From NCBI GenBank assembly GCA_943789275.1, contig CALSTM010000003.1, positions 120,001 through 152,000 on the forward strand: a DNA stretch of 32,000 nucleotides, read 5' to 3'. Positions within the stretch are counted from its first letter, which is position 1; every line of letters begins with the position of its first letter. This stretch comes from Candidatus Poseidoniaceae archaeon (lineage in GTDB: Archaea; Thermoplasmatota; Poseidoniia; Poseidoniales; Poseidoniaceae). The notes beneath the pieces are model-generated. The model saw only the letters and a list, made by a program, of their open reading frames with translations, made no database searches and was not told where the DNA came from. This document shows positions 16,605 to 25,833 of this stretch, piece by piece. The position numbers and the translations under genes are program-made.

Positions 16605-17737
16605 TGACTCACCACTGTGAAATGCAGGTATGTTGTGTTGAAGCGACCACTCTCCGGAACAAAGCAGAGCACCCTGTCCCCTTCATTGACCGATATTTCA
16701 TCGGTTCGTAAAAACTCATCCAACATAATGAACAGTGACGCACACCCGGTATTTCCTCGCGTGTAGAGATTCGTCCACCATTTTTCTTCGGGTATTCCAA
16801 CGCCGGCCTTGTTGAGCATCTCAAGAATTTTATTTCGGAAATGATGGCTGGAATAATGGCAGAGGAAATGGTCGACATCGCCCGGTTTACTCACGCCTTC
16901 CTCGACCAATCGGAGGTAACCATCGACGCCCATTCGCATCAAGTTATCCAGTAGCCGCACATCTTGACGAAGGAGCAGCGCCCCATCCTGTTCCGCCTCA
17001 GCATACGTGTCGTAGTCTTGCCAAGTCCGGGTATCTTCCGGTCGTCCAGCGGACCCGACGCTCATGCAAGTGGGAAGTGCGTGTGCGTGTGAAAAACCTC
17101 GAATCCAATCAATTCTCAGACTCAGGCCTTTAGGCGCGGGCTTGTTTTGCAGCAACAATGCACCAGCACCGTCGGAAAGCATCCAGCGAAGGAACTCCGT
17201 ACTGAAATCGATGCGTTTTGCAGCAAAAGTAGAGGTTGTTGCTGCTTCATACCGCTGTTTCTTCAGCAGACGGCTTGCCAATTCACTTGACAACACCAAG
17301 GCCGCTTCATGCTCATCCAGACGCATACTGTTCCATGCCGCTTTCAATGCCATAATGGAGGAGGAACAGATTCCGTGCGTCGTCAGGATTTCAATCCCTG
17401 GTAAATCGAGTTCGGCTTGAACCATACTTGCCATGCCTGGTGCCGGCAAATCGCCTTGCGTAGATGCCACTGCTAGCATGCCGACTTTTTCTCTCCCAAC
17501 AAAAGCTCTGTCAAGGCATTCTTCGGCAGCCTTAGCAGCCATCTCCGTATTGCTGTGGGTGGTCTGCTGTTGTTCATCGATAGCATAGTGCCGTGTCTGT
17601 ATCTTGTTGGCCTTTTGTATCTGAACGCGTAATGAAGAAGGCTTTCCATGGACGGCCCCAAGAACCTTTTCCACTTCATCAACAGGTATGGCTGGCCCAG
17701 GAAGGAATCTTCCAGTGCTGGTGATGTAGACACTCAT
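16601..17737 (-). CDS. KAS III (FabH)-like thiolase-fold condensing enzyme
   Basis: N-terminus YITSTGRFLPG. Candidate Cys-His-Asn triad in canonical order: HGICSSSIMAL, FLCHYSSHHF, and RGNTGCASL. Also LSDGAGALLL. At 378 aa it is longer than housekeeping FabH. The start overlaps the upstream stop (ATGA). Confidence 0.7.
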   Translation of the reverse strand: MSVYITSTGRFLPGPAIPVDEVEKVLGAVHGKPSSLRVQIQKANKIQTRHYAIDEQQQTTHSNTEMAAKAAEECLDRAFVGREKVGMLAVASTQGDLPAPGMASMVQAELDLPGIEILTTHGICSSSIMALKAAWNSMRLDEHEAALVLSSELASRLLKKQRYEAATTSTFAAKRIDFSTEFLRWMLSDGAGALLLQNKPAPKGLSLRIDWIRGFSHAHALPTCMSVGSAGRPEDTRTWQDYDTYAEAEQDGALLLRQDVRLLDNLMRMGVDGYLRLVEEGVSKPGDVDHFLCHYSSHHFRNKILEMLNKAGVGIPEEKWWTNLYTRGNTGCASLFIMLDEFLRTDEISVNEGDRVLCFVPESGRFNTTYLHFTVVSQ

Positions 17738-18309
17738 TCGATGACCTCTTGCTTATGTGAGCGCTGATACGTCCAGCAACGCCACCATTCCTGAAAGTAT
17801 GGTAAAACGACGAGAATCGCCATTGAGAACATGTATACTGCGGCGTAATTTCCAGTCGCCCCAAGCGGCTCTTTTCTCCACTCAAGTCCAAAACCGCCGC
17901 CCCAATCCAAGGTGATCATATCAACGAAAACTTCCCACTTTCGAACGATGATCAACAGGAACAAAAAGAACGGGAGTGTAGAGAGGTAATTGTGGGCATG
18001 GATCTCCCAAATGCTGATTTCACGTTTATCAGTGGTATAGTGGACGTCGTAATGGGCAATGAATTCGTGAGCAACCAGTGCAGCTAAGCACAGGAGCAGA
18101 ACGAGTACATTCACTTCAAACACAAGAGAAAGCACCAATGGTATAGCAATTTGGAACCCCATGAGGCAATGAATATTTGCCTCACGAAGTCCAGAAGTGG
18201 ATTCTATTGATGTCTGTTTATGGCACCACCAGTCAAGCATACTGGCAAGACCCCATAGCGGCAAGAGCACGTAGAGAATAACATACAACACCAGCGTCGC
18301 TTCATCCAT
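17734..18309 (-). CDS. His-rich integral membrane protein (~5 TM), function unknown
   Basis: Hydrophobic segments with clustered histidines at the predicted membrane boundaries (DWWCHK, AHEFIAHYDVHY, EIHAHNY). GAGGGG lies ~7 nt upstream of the ATG. First gene of the cassette. Confidence 0.6.
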   Translation of the reverse strand: MDEATLVLYVILYVLLPLWGLASMLDWWCHKQTSIESTSGLREANIHCLMGFQIAIPLVLSLVFEVNVLVLLLCLAALVAHEFIAHYDVHYTTDKREISIWEIHAHNYLSTLPFFLFLLIIVRKWEVFVDMITLDWGGGFGLEWRKEPLGATGNYAAVYMFSMAILVVLPYFQEWWRCWTYQRSHKQEVIE

Positions 18310-18340
18310 TGGTTTCCCCTCAGCCAGTTTGAGACCCTCA

Positions 18341-18352
18341 TTTGATAAAAAG
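18341..18352 (-). promoter_or_regulatory. TATA-like box (CTTTTTATCAAA on the minus strand) for the four-gene cassette
   Basis: This is the only AT-rich element in the 81-nt gap between the DP2 stop (18391) and the membrane-protein ATG (18309). It lies ~32-45 nt upstream of the ATG. Confidence 0.3.
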
Positions 18353-18390
18353 CCAATTCCGGTTACGCTGTCTTTGAAAACGGAAAATGT

Positions 18391-21300
18391 TCACAGAAAA
18401 TCAGCAAGTGAGAGTTGTTTTGCTCGGTCGTTATTGAACAGAGAGTCTGCACTATCGGCCAACCATTCGACGTTCTGTTTGGTGTAGGTATCGACGCCGT
18501 ATGTCGCCATAACGTGCTTTGTGACTTTGATGTACTTGCGTACAGCCCCTTCAGAAACCGTGAGTGCAAGATTCCCACCGCACAAACCTCCTTCAGATTT
18601 GGCAACTCCGACGCTGGACAAACCTCTTCCAGTCTCCTTCTTTGGCTGAATACAGTTCCCCGCCACCGGCATACGCCGATACGAATGAGCACACTTGAGG
18701 CAGCGAATTTTCTGGCGAGCATAGGCGTTAAGGTTGCCACGTAAATCCGGTAAGAAGTGTGAGCGAACCACACTTGATGCCACGGTACGAACATCGACCC
18801 CACGCAACCGATGTCCGAGATCGAGTTGCCCGTTCATCTTGTCAATCATGGTGTCGAGGGTTTTGTATGCAGAAAGAGCTGGACCTTGGTCCAATGCGTA
18901 GCAATCGTGCGTGTAGCCATAGCCCCGAACAGCAGCAACAGAGCCCAACCTACGTTCAACAAAATCCATCCGTTCTGCGCATTCCTTCGGGTGCGGCTGG
19001 GACAACGTCGTTTCGTAAAAGTCGCGACTGTAAAACCATCCCGAGTCGACATTCAACGCTTCTTTATCCACTTCAGTAGGGTTGAGTCTCGTCGTTAAGA
19101 CCAGCGGGGCATCCATGAGGCCGCCACGGTTCGCGGGGAGGATTTCTCTACTGAAGTTCAACAATCCATCCATGAGGAGCATGATTGCATCTTCATCCCC
19201 GTCACAGTTTCGTCGTTTAGCTGCATGGAACAAGGGGTGAGCATAGCCACCAGAACAATCGGCCCATCCGATGATTCTGCTGAGCACTCCTCCTGAGGTG
19301 TGCGGCGCAAGTGCACAGATGAGATGACCAACCAAGTCATCAGGGGTGTTGACATTGTAGTACGGTTCAAGGCCATAATAGCGTACCAGTAACTCATCGA
19401 TAAATTGAGCGGTTCGGACAAAGAATTCACCGGCGTTTTTGCTGACGATGAAATCTTGCGGAAAAATTTCCAACATTTGTTCATCTCCTGTAAGCGGCTC
19501 ACCTTCAGAATCATGCGTGTAGCCCAGCGAATGAAGCGTTTGCCAGGAAACATCGATTTCTCTGGGGGTGAAATGTGTTACTGGGACGTCGCTCATGTCG
19601 AAGCGGACGGTACCGTCACGAAACACGGGGAGTTGATATTTTGCGCGCAGCAATCCCTTTTCAATGGCTTCAGGAGTTTGATCCCGACTGGCAATTTTCT
19701 TCATGCATTTGACCTGCCGAGGTATTCTGTCAATACCCAGTCGTATACGTGCATCTTCGATCATCGTGTCGAGACGAACCGTTTGAATCTCTCCTCTACG
19801 GCGCCGTTTGGTGTTTTCATTTTCACGCATTGCGGTTCGCCCCCCGCAAGTTTCCCCGACGCGTTCCATGCCATCGGCATCAACTAAACGATGGTGGCAA
19901 AGGATGAATGGAGATTCTTTTCCACACTTTTTGCACGTCCGGCGACCCATTTGTACACGTATGCTCTGTTTCTCTGCAGCGTTAGCCAAGAGGCGCTGAT
20001 TACCACCGTTCAAGTCGATTGGGAAAAGAGCGTGCGTCATTGGATTCATGATACGAGGGGCCGCTTTCTCAGGGCGACCCATGCGGCATCCGATGCGAAC
20101 AGGTGCGGCGTGAACCCATCGAAGGTCCGAAATCTTTCGAACTTGCAACATGATTCCATCAACGGCATGGTCGTCCTCATGGATTTGTGCAGCAAGATAT
20201 TTCTTCGGGTCCGCTGGACCGGGGTCTTCGACCTTCGAAGCGGCTTGCCGGCCAACCTCATCGGTTTCTGTAATCCCCAAGCCTCGTTGTCTTGCGTCCG
20301 TTTCGGCAGCAATACGTACAGTCGCACGAGCCTGTCGAAGTTCTGAAAGTCTTTTTCGCTCTTCAGTCAAGGTTTCATGACAATCTTTCAGTTGCTCAAT
20401 CCGTTGTTCAAATCTTGATTTAGCATCCACGATTCGGAGCGGCTTCTTCCCCTCATCACTGAATCCAAATCCTTCCAGCACAGCTGGCCAGCCCGCGGTA
20501 ATGACCAGGTCATCCCCATCGTGGTGGTGACGAAGTCCGAGAATCATAGCGGCGGCTTTGGCTAGACCGTGCTGAATATATGCCCAAATTTCAGGTATTT
20601 CCTGGTTGAAAATAGATTCCAGTGGGGCGACTTTCGGCCCCGGAATCTCATAGTCATCCAAGTGTTCAAAGGATTCAGGCCGCAAAATTTCCATGGATTT
20701 GGCGGACCAATTTTGCACACCGCCCCGAATACGTAACTGCCTCTGTTCGTTTACTGGATACGCAGTGAGGTTTTCCTCTGGAGCAATAACGTCCGAATGT
20801 GAAGTGCCCAACGCTTCAATTTCCGCCTCTTCTAACAGGTCCAATACTGCTGGTACCCATTCGATAGGAAGGTCGAGGAACCACGGGTTGTGAGGGTTTG
20901 GAATGGCTGTTTTGAAACGTTTTGACACGCCTTTAACTTGGTTCCAGTCCAGCGAGCAAGCGGCTAAGAACACGTGCCATTTTCTGCGTATATGGAACTG
21001 AGAATGGGGGTCTTCTGCGTCTTCAGGGTGGATGCCAGGTATACCTGCAGGAAATTGACTTCGCATTATACCGGCCAATTCGGAGAAATCGTCGAGTGAT
21101 TCGGATGAGTTCAACTCCTCAATCAAGTCACTCGCCCACCAATCGTTGGTATAACCTGCAGGTACCAATTTCTTGTTGTTCTCCATAAATTCCCCATAAC
21201 CAATAACCAACTCGCCGTTGTCCCAAACCGAGCGGACTTTGGAACTGATTGCCGTGTAGCTTTTCGCATCGTCCAAACGTAAGAATCGGCCGTCAGCGAG

Positions 21301-22512
21301 TACAACCCACGGCCCGTCGGTGTCGTCTGAAGGAGTGATTGCGCATGCTTTCCCAGGCCGTTCGATTTTCATTTGAGTTCCAATGGTGATGAAATCATCC
21401 ATGGCTAGCATTGAAGCAGTATTTGTGGAGGCCGCTGCCAAACCTGAGGGGCGTGCTCGACCATACCTTAGGCGAAATCCACCGGGTTGGAGCGGTGCAC
21501 CAAAGACCGGCCGTCCAGCGATAATGTCGCGCATGAATTTCGAAATGGTGGGCACTTTGCGGGATTTGAATTGTGGGCCATCGCCCTTGTATTCGTCCGA
21601 TTTCCCTTTCGATGCAAATTTGGAAATGAAATCCCATCCAGGGACTTTTAATCGCTCGGTGTGTTTCTGAATCTTCGGTGCTTTCAGACACATACCTTCG
21701 CCAATAACCAGCAGCACACCGCCTCGAATCCGTGCCTCGTCGATGTTACGCACACGCCCATATCCTGCACATTCGATTCGTTCGGTGGACTCGCCGTTGA
21801 TCATGATGGGACATGCTCGAACGATTTCCTCAATTTCTGCCGGGGAAGGACGGTATTGCAGGTTTCCACGGTACAAACCAAATTCTTCCTTCACTCGCTC
21901 GACTTCTGGGTCTGTTGGTTGATAGTGCCCGATATTCAATTCTCGTCGAATCATATCTGCAATGAGAACGGCCAGTGCCTGAGCAGTACCGCCTGCGGCA
22001 CGAATTGGTCCTGCAAAGTGGACAGAGACAAATTGTGAACCATCGACGTTGTTCAAAAGTCGAACTTCACTGATCCCTTCGAGAGGAGCGACCAAAACGG
22101 CTTCTGTCAACACTGCAAGGCCAACGCGAAGCCCAACATCGATTGCCGTGATGAGGTCGTATCCTTGTTCTCGAAAACCTCTTGCCACGCTCTGGGCCAT
22201 CATGATGGAGGTCGTTTCTCGATCGTGTTCAGCCAAGAGTTTTCGAATATCATCAGCAACCTCGTACCCTTCGAGGTATTCAATCAGCAGTTTTTCAGTT
22301 CGCCCAGCCAAGTCAGCGGCCCGTGGAATTTCCACGAATTCCTTGTGATCAAAGCCAAGCTTACGGGCTTGTTCTGCTACGATGTATGCTTCATCTGCAT
22401 GCTCATCAAGCCAATGATGGTACCGCTCCATTTCCGCTTCCAATCGTTCGATATCTAAGCCAATGAGGGGGTTGTGTCCCCTTTTTTGACCCGTACCACT
22501 CGATGCAGACAT
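18391..22512 (-). CDS. polC: DNA polymerase D (Pol II) large catalytic subunit DP2
   Basis: Conserved DP2 N-terminus (LVAPLEGISEV...HFAGPIRAAGGTAQA), central blocks (RPEKAAPR, CKKCGK zinc module), C-terminal blocks (GHLICALAPHTSGG, NCDGDEDA, LMDAPLV), and a terminal Cys cluster (CLKCAHSYRR...GGLCGGNL). AGGAG lies 5 nt upstream of the ATG. No DP1 gene is adjacent. Confidence 0.95.
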   Translation of the reverse strand: MSASSGTGQKRGHNPLIGLDIERLEAEMERYHHWLDEHADEAYIVAEQARKLGFDHKEFVEIPRAADLAGRTEKLLIEYLEGYEVADDIRKLLAEHDRETTSIMMAQSVARGFREQGYDLITAIDVGLRVGLAVLTEAVLVAPLEGISEVRLLNNVDGSQFVSVHFAGPIRAAGGTAQALAVLIADMIRRELNIGHYQPTDPEVERVKEEFGLYRGNLQYRPSPAEIEEIVRACPIMINGESTERIECAGYGRVRNIDEARIRGGVLLVIGEGMCLKAPKIQKHTERLKVPGWDFISKFASKGKSDEYKGDGPQFKSRKVPTISKFMRDIIAGRPVFGAPLQPGGFRLRYGRARPSGLAAASTNTASMLAMDDFITIGTQMKIERPGKACAITPSDDTDGPWVVLADGRFLRLDDAKSYTAISSKVRSVWDNGELVIGYGEFMENNKKLVPAGYTNDWWASDLIEELNSSESLDDFSELAGIMRSQFPAGIPGIHPEDAEDPHSQFHIRRKWHVFLAACSLDWNQVKGVSKRFKTAIPNPHNPWFLDLPIEWVPAVLDLLEEAEIEALGTSHSDVIAPEENLTAYPVNEQRQLRIRGGVQNWSAKSMEILRPESFEHLDDYEIPGPKVAPLESIFNQEIPEIWAYIQHGLAKAAAMILGLRHHHDGDDLVITAGWPAVLEGFGFSDEGKKPLRIVDAKSRFEQRIEQLKDCHETLTEERKRLSELRQARATVRIAAETDARQRGLGITETDEVGRQAASKVEDPGPADPKKYLAAQIHEDDHAVDGIMLQVRKISDLRWVHAAPVRIGCRMGRPEKAAPRIMNPMTHALFPIDLNGGNQRLLANAAEKQSIRVQMGRRTCKKCGKESPFILCHHRLVDADGMERVGETCGGRTAMRENENTKRRRRGEIQTVRLDTMIEDARIRLGIDRIPRQVKCMKKIASRDQTPEAIEKGLLRAKYQLPVFRDGTVRFDMSDVPVTHFTPREIDVSWQTLHSLGYTHDSEGEPLTGDEQMLEIFPQDFIVSKNAGEFFVRTAQFIDELLVRYYGLEPYYNVNTPDDLVGHLICALAPHTSGGVLSRIIGWADCSGGYAHPLFHAAKRRNCDGDEDAIMLLMDGLLNFSREILPANRGGLMDAPLVLTTRLNPTEVDKEALNVDSGWFYSRDFYETTLSQPHPKECAERMDFVERRLGSVAAVRGYGYTHDCYALDQGPALSAYKTLDTMIDKMNGQLDLGHRLRGVDVRTVASSVVRSHFLPDLRGNLNAYARQKIRCLKCAHSYRRMPVAGNCIQPKKETGRGLSSVGVAKSEGGLCGGNLALTVSEGAVRKYIKVTKHVMATYGVDTYTKQNVEWLADSADSLFNNDRAKQLSLADFL

Positions 22513-22627
22513 GTGACTCCTTGATGTCTTAGAGGCGACCGTTTATCAGTGCCGCGCTCGATTTGCATGAAGTCCTACAGCGATACGGGAGACAAAGTTC
22601 ATTGATGCGAGGCACGACCATGGAACA

Positions 22628-23227
22628 ATGTCCGTTCATAGCAGTGTCCGCGAACACCCGAGTTGGCCCCGCCTCGTTGAATTGGTGCGCGAATTCGCTT
22701 TCATCGACGGAGGTTCTGATGACGCATTCACCCTTGCCAGCGGCCGTCAATCGCGATGGTTTTTTGATACAAAACCCGTCATGATGCACCCGGAATCTAC
22801 ACACTTGCTTGGCCAATTATTCAACCTTCGGATGGATGCTATGAAAGCTGATTTTGTCGGTGGCCTCGAACTTGGAGCAGTACCCCTTACGGCCATTGCC
22901 GTGGCTACTTCTCAGGCCACCTCCCCCCGACTCGGGTTTATGGTGCGAAAGGAAGCAAAAGGGCGAGGCGGTCGTAAGACCAACAATCCGCCTGGCATCG
23001 AAGGTTCTTCTCTTGGTAACGGGGGAGATATTGTCATCGTCGAAGACGTCACGACAACCGGGGGCTCGGCTATCAAAGCAGTTGAGCGCATCCAAAACGA
23101 TACGACATGCAAGGTTGTTGCCGTAATCAGCATTGTTGACCGAGAAGAAGGGGCGAAAGAAGCGTTTGCAGCTGCGAATATTCATTTTGAGAGCATCATG
23201 ACCCGTACTGATGTTGCCGGGCAATGA
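22628..23227 (+). CDS. pyrE: Orotate phosphoribosyltransferase
   Basis: FTLASGRQSRWFFD, an RKEAKGRG-type flexible loop, and the PRPP-binding motif IVIVEDVTTTGGS. Confidence 0.8.
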   Translation: MSVHSSVREHPSWPRLVELVREFAFIDGGSDDAFTLASGRQSRWFFDTKPVMMHPESTHLLGQLFNLRMDAMKADFVGGLELGAVPLTAIAVATSQATSPRLGFMVRKEAKGRGGRKTNNPPGIEGSSLGNGGDIVIVEDVTTTGGSAIKAVERIQNDTTCKVVAVISIVDREEGAKEAFAAANIHFESIMTRTDVAGQ

Positions 23228-23236
23228 GGCGAATGT

Positions 23237-24532
23237 ATGGTTGAAATCTTCAATCCCGCCACGACCAGCACGAAAGGCTTGTCCGAGTTTGCCCCCGACT
23301 CAACTGCTGGACGCAAATTGGTTTTTTATCACGCCAGTGAAGGCAAACCCCTCGCAACCCCTTGGCAAGTTGCCTTAACCCGTTCGAAATTACTGACAGA
23401 ACTGAATCTCCCAGAAGGATACATCCTCGACTGCGCTTGCGGAAGTGGGATTCAATTGGGCGCACACATGGCGATTTTACAACGGCCAGGGATTGGTGTC
23501 GAGTTGGATCCATTACGTGCTCAAGCAAGTGCCGTCAATCTCCAATCGATTGCCACCTATCGGAATGAAACAGATGCCGAACGGATGCAGCAAACCAGAA
23601 TTTTTGCGAGCGACGGACGCGACGGAGCAGTTGTCTGCGCCGCTCTCGCTGACCACTTTTCTTTGGATACCTTCCCCAATATTGCACTGCTCCACCTCGA
23701 CCCAGCACGTCCTCGCAACAGTAGAACGCATGGCCTTGAAGAAATGGCACCGCGGCTTGATGAAGTGTTCAACGGCTGGGCACCGTATCTGTCAGAAGGC
23801 CTTCATGGGCCAGCAATGATATTGGATTTATCTCCTCGATTGACCCACGAACAACGGCTTGAAGTCGAGTCTCTGGTTGATGCGGTATGGAAAGACATCG
23901 CTCGAACATGGGTTTGGACTTCACGCGGCAGAGGTCGCGTGGACCGTCTGGCCTTGTGGCTTGGCGATGCAGCAACTAAGGGCATTGCCCGCCGCTTTGT
24001 GCGTATACCTCCATCGATTGCGGAAGACGCACACGTCGTTTCTGGCGGGCGGCAACTTGGGGCAGGCGACGGTTTGCCAAAGTCGACCCGCCAACCACCG
24101 CGTCGCGGTGAACGCGTCAGCATTTTGGATGCAGCACTGGTTGAAAGCGGATTAGCGGAAACATGGCTTGCTTCAGTGTCGAAATCAGAAGTATTCACTT
24201 GGGGTGTTGTCGAAGGCCGCCGACCACAAATCCACCACGCCCATCCACTGCGTCTTGACAACCCAATGGACAGGATGCTCGTTCAAGCAACCGGTCGAGT
24301 CGTTGCTCTTGCTCGGATGGAACTACGTATCGAAACAGTGGACCAATTGGTCGAACTGTTCTTGGAACACGATATCGGGAAAATGACCGTTCGCGTCCCA
24401 CTCTCTCCAGAGATTCAACCCAAAGTCCAAGGGGCAATCGACCGTCAACTTTCGAGAAGACACGGCCGGAGAAACGCTTTCTTGGCCCAACAACCTGGCG
24501 ACGACATGCTCTTGGTTTGCATCACGGAATAA
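23237..24532 (+). CDS. Class I SAM-dependent methyltransferase, probably RNA-modifying, with uncharacterised C-terminal domain
   Basis: Motif I ILDCACGSGIQ, motif II GVELD, and a motif IV-like LLHLDPARP resembling N-methyltransferase DPPx/DPAR motifs. The ~200-aa C-terminal domain is unrecognised. Confidence 0.6.
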   Translation: MVEIFNPATTSTKGLSEFAPDSTAGRKLVFYHASEGKPLATPWQVALTRSKLLTELNLPEGYILDCACGSGIQLGAHMAILQRPGIGVELDPLRAQASAVNLQSIATYRNETDAERMQQTRIFASDGRDGAVVCAALADHFSLDTFPNIALLHLDPARPRNSRTHGLEEMAPRLDEVFNGWAPYLSEGLHGPAMILDLSPRLTHEQRLEVESLVDAVWKDIARTWVWTSRGRGRVDRLALWLGDAATKGIARRFVRIPPSIAEDAHVVSGGRQLGAGDGLPKSTRQPPRRGERVSILDAALVESGLAETWLASVSKSEVFTWGVVEGRRPQIHHAHPLRLDNPMDRMLVQATGRVVALARMELRIETVDQLVELFLEHDIGKMTVRVPLSPEIQPKVQGAIDRQLSRRHGRRNAFLAQQPGDDMLLVCITE

Positions 24533-24538
24533 TCACCG

Positions 24539-24575
24539 CCTTTTCGCACCCCGTTTCAACGGCTTTTTCCCGTTT
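24539..24575 (+). terminator. Oligo-T tracts (TTTT, TTTTT, TTT), putative archaeal intrinsic terminator after the methyltransferase gene
   Basis: The sequence ccttttcgcaccccgtttcaacggctttttcccgttt lies immediately downstream of stop 24532. Archaeal RNAP terminates at T-runs. Confidence 0.3.
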
Positions 24576-24598
24576 ACATGCCGATGTTTTCGCTCCTC

Positions 24599-24631
24599 AG
24601 TATCGCGAAGAAGTATCGCGGTCTTGATATA
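24599..24631 (+). promoter_or_regulatory. Ribosomal-protein operon promoter region: tandem AGTATCGCG repeat followed by TATA-like TTGATATA
   Basis: AGTATCGCG occurs at 24599-24607 and 24612-24620, a 13-bp period. TTGATATA at 24624-24631 lies ~57 nt upstream of the S13 ATG. The SD AGGAGAGGTGA lies at ~24671-24681. Confidence 0.4.
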
Positions 24632-24687
24632 GGGGAGGTTGGTCGGGAACCTGCTTGACACTGCGTGTTAAGGAGAGGTGAAACACA

Positions 24688-25155
24688 ATGGCACGACCTA
24701 AGGAAGAAGAATTGGGAGACGATTTCTCGTATATCCTGCGAATGGCAGATACGGATATGGACGGACAGAAGACCCTTGCAACCGCTTTAACGGCTGTTCG
24801 GGGCGTTGGTCCACGAACCGCAATTCAAATCTGTAAGAACACTGGATTCGACCCTGCTTCACTCGCCGGCCACCTCTCGGCGGAAGAACAGGAAAGCCTC
24901 CGTGTTGCTATCGAAGGTTATGCAGAAACAGTCCCACTCTGGATGCTGAACCGCCAACGAGACCTTGAGACCGGAGATGAGCTTCATCTGACAGGACAAC
25001 AAGTCTCCCTTACTCTTGAAGACGATATTAACCGGCTTCGTACAATGAAGTGCTACCGTGGTGTTCGCCACGCAAGCGGAAACAAAGTACGTGGACAACG
25101 CGGTCGCTCAAATGGCCGTGGCGGACTCACCCTTGGTGTGAGCCGAAAGAAGTGA
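24688..25155 (+). CDS. rps13: 30S ribosomal protein uS13
   Basis: FSYILRMADTDMDGQK, LTAVRGVGPRTA, YRGVRHASGNKVRGQRGRSNGR, with a strong SD upstream. Confidence 0.95.
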   Translation: MARPKEEELGDDFSYILRMADTDMDGQKTLATALTAVRGVGPRTAIQICKNTGFDPASLAGHLSAEEQESLRVAIEGYAETVPLWMLNRQRDLETGDELHLTGQQVSLTLEDDINRLRTMKCYRGVRHASGNKVRGQRGRSNGRGGLTLGVSRKK

Positions 25156-25170
25156 TTGGAGGGATGATGA

Positions 25171-25833
25171 ATGGGAGAACCAAAGTTTGCACGACCTAAA
25201 TTTGACACACCTTCTCACCCGTGGAAGGCTGCCCGTATCGAAGAAGAACACGCTATCCAAGCCAATCATGGCTTGAAGAACATGCGTGAAATCTGGAAGG
25301 CTAAGTCCCAACTCCGACGACATCGACGCCAAGCTATGCGTTTGATCGGTATGGTTGATACCAGTGAAGCCCACGGTAAGAGAGAGATGGAAGACCTTCT
25401 TCGTTCTCTTCACAACAAAGGACTGATTTCCTCCGACGCAAGCCTTGACGATATTCTATTGTTGAGCACTGAAGACATCCTCAACCGCCGATTGCAAGCT
25501 CAAGTCTACTACAAGGGACTTGCAATCTCGATGAAGCAAGCACGCCAATTCGTCACCCACGGCAAGATTGTCATCGGCGACCAAAAAGTAACCATCCCTT
25601 CGTACCAAATTTCCCGTGATGAAGAAGAAAGCCTCACATGGCACCCTTCTTGCCCTTGGGCCAACAATTCCGAGCACCCAATCCGAAAGGCAATCGACGG
25701 ACGTGCATCTTCTGCTGAATACGGTGTTGAAGAAGAAGAAGTCGACCCAGAAGCAACCACAGAGTTCGCTACTGAAGTCAAGGATGCTGCTGCTGAAGCA
25801 CCTTCCGCAGACAATGTCGGAGGTGACCAGTGA
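25171..25833 (+). CDS. rps4: 30S ribosomal protein uS4 with ~40-aa acidic C-terminal extension
   Basis: [41 protein letters not shown], and an S4 RNA-binding domain ([31 protein letters not shown]). GGAGGG lies upstream. Confidence 0.95.
   Translation: MGEPKFARPKFDTPSHPWKAARIEEEHAIQANHGLKNMREIWKAKSQLRRHRRQAMRLIGMVDTSEAHGKREMEDLLRSLHNKGLISSDASLDDILLLSTEDILNRRLQAQVYYKGLAISMKQARQFVTHGKIVIGDQKVTIPSYQISRDEEESLTWHPSCPWANNSEHPIRKAIDGRASSAEYGVEEEEVDPEATTEFATEVKDAAAEAPSADNVGGDQ

Noticed and set aside
18363-22458. Numerous 60-160-aa ORFs on both strands inside the DP2 gene (e.g. 18363..18803, 19405..19887, 19891..20346, 21661..22038)
   Set aside because: They are shadow ORFs of a long, strongly supported gene. 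They have Arg/Ser/Cys-rich, low-complexity translations and no motifs or start signals.
18391-22512. Possible intein in DP2, given its 1373-aa length
   Set aside because: I see no intein splice-junction signature (a Cys/Ser/Thr block start with a terminal His-Asn followed by Cys/Ser/Thr) and no homing-endonuclease motifs. The extra length lies in the charged, helical variable middle region that differs among DP2 proteins.
23803-24261. 152-aa minus-strand ORF and several 60-120-aa ORFs within the methyltransferase gene
   Set aside because: They overlap a coding frame that carries ordered SAM-MTase motifs, and their translations are Arg/Ser/Pro-rich shadows.
24579-24660. 26-aa ORF (MPMFSLLSIAKKYRGLDIGEVGREPA) in the S13 upstream region
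   Set aside because: It has no SD, no motif and no Cys knuckles, and it overlaps the predicted promoter elements. It is most likely non-coding.
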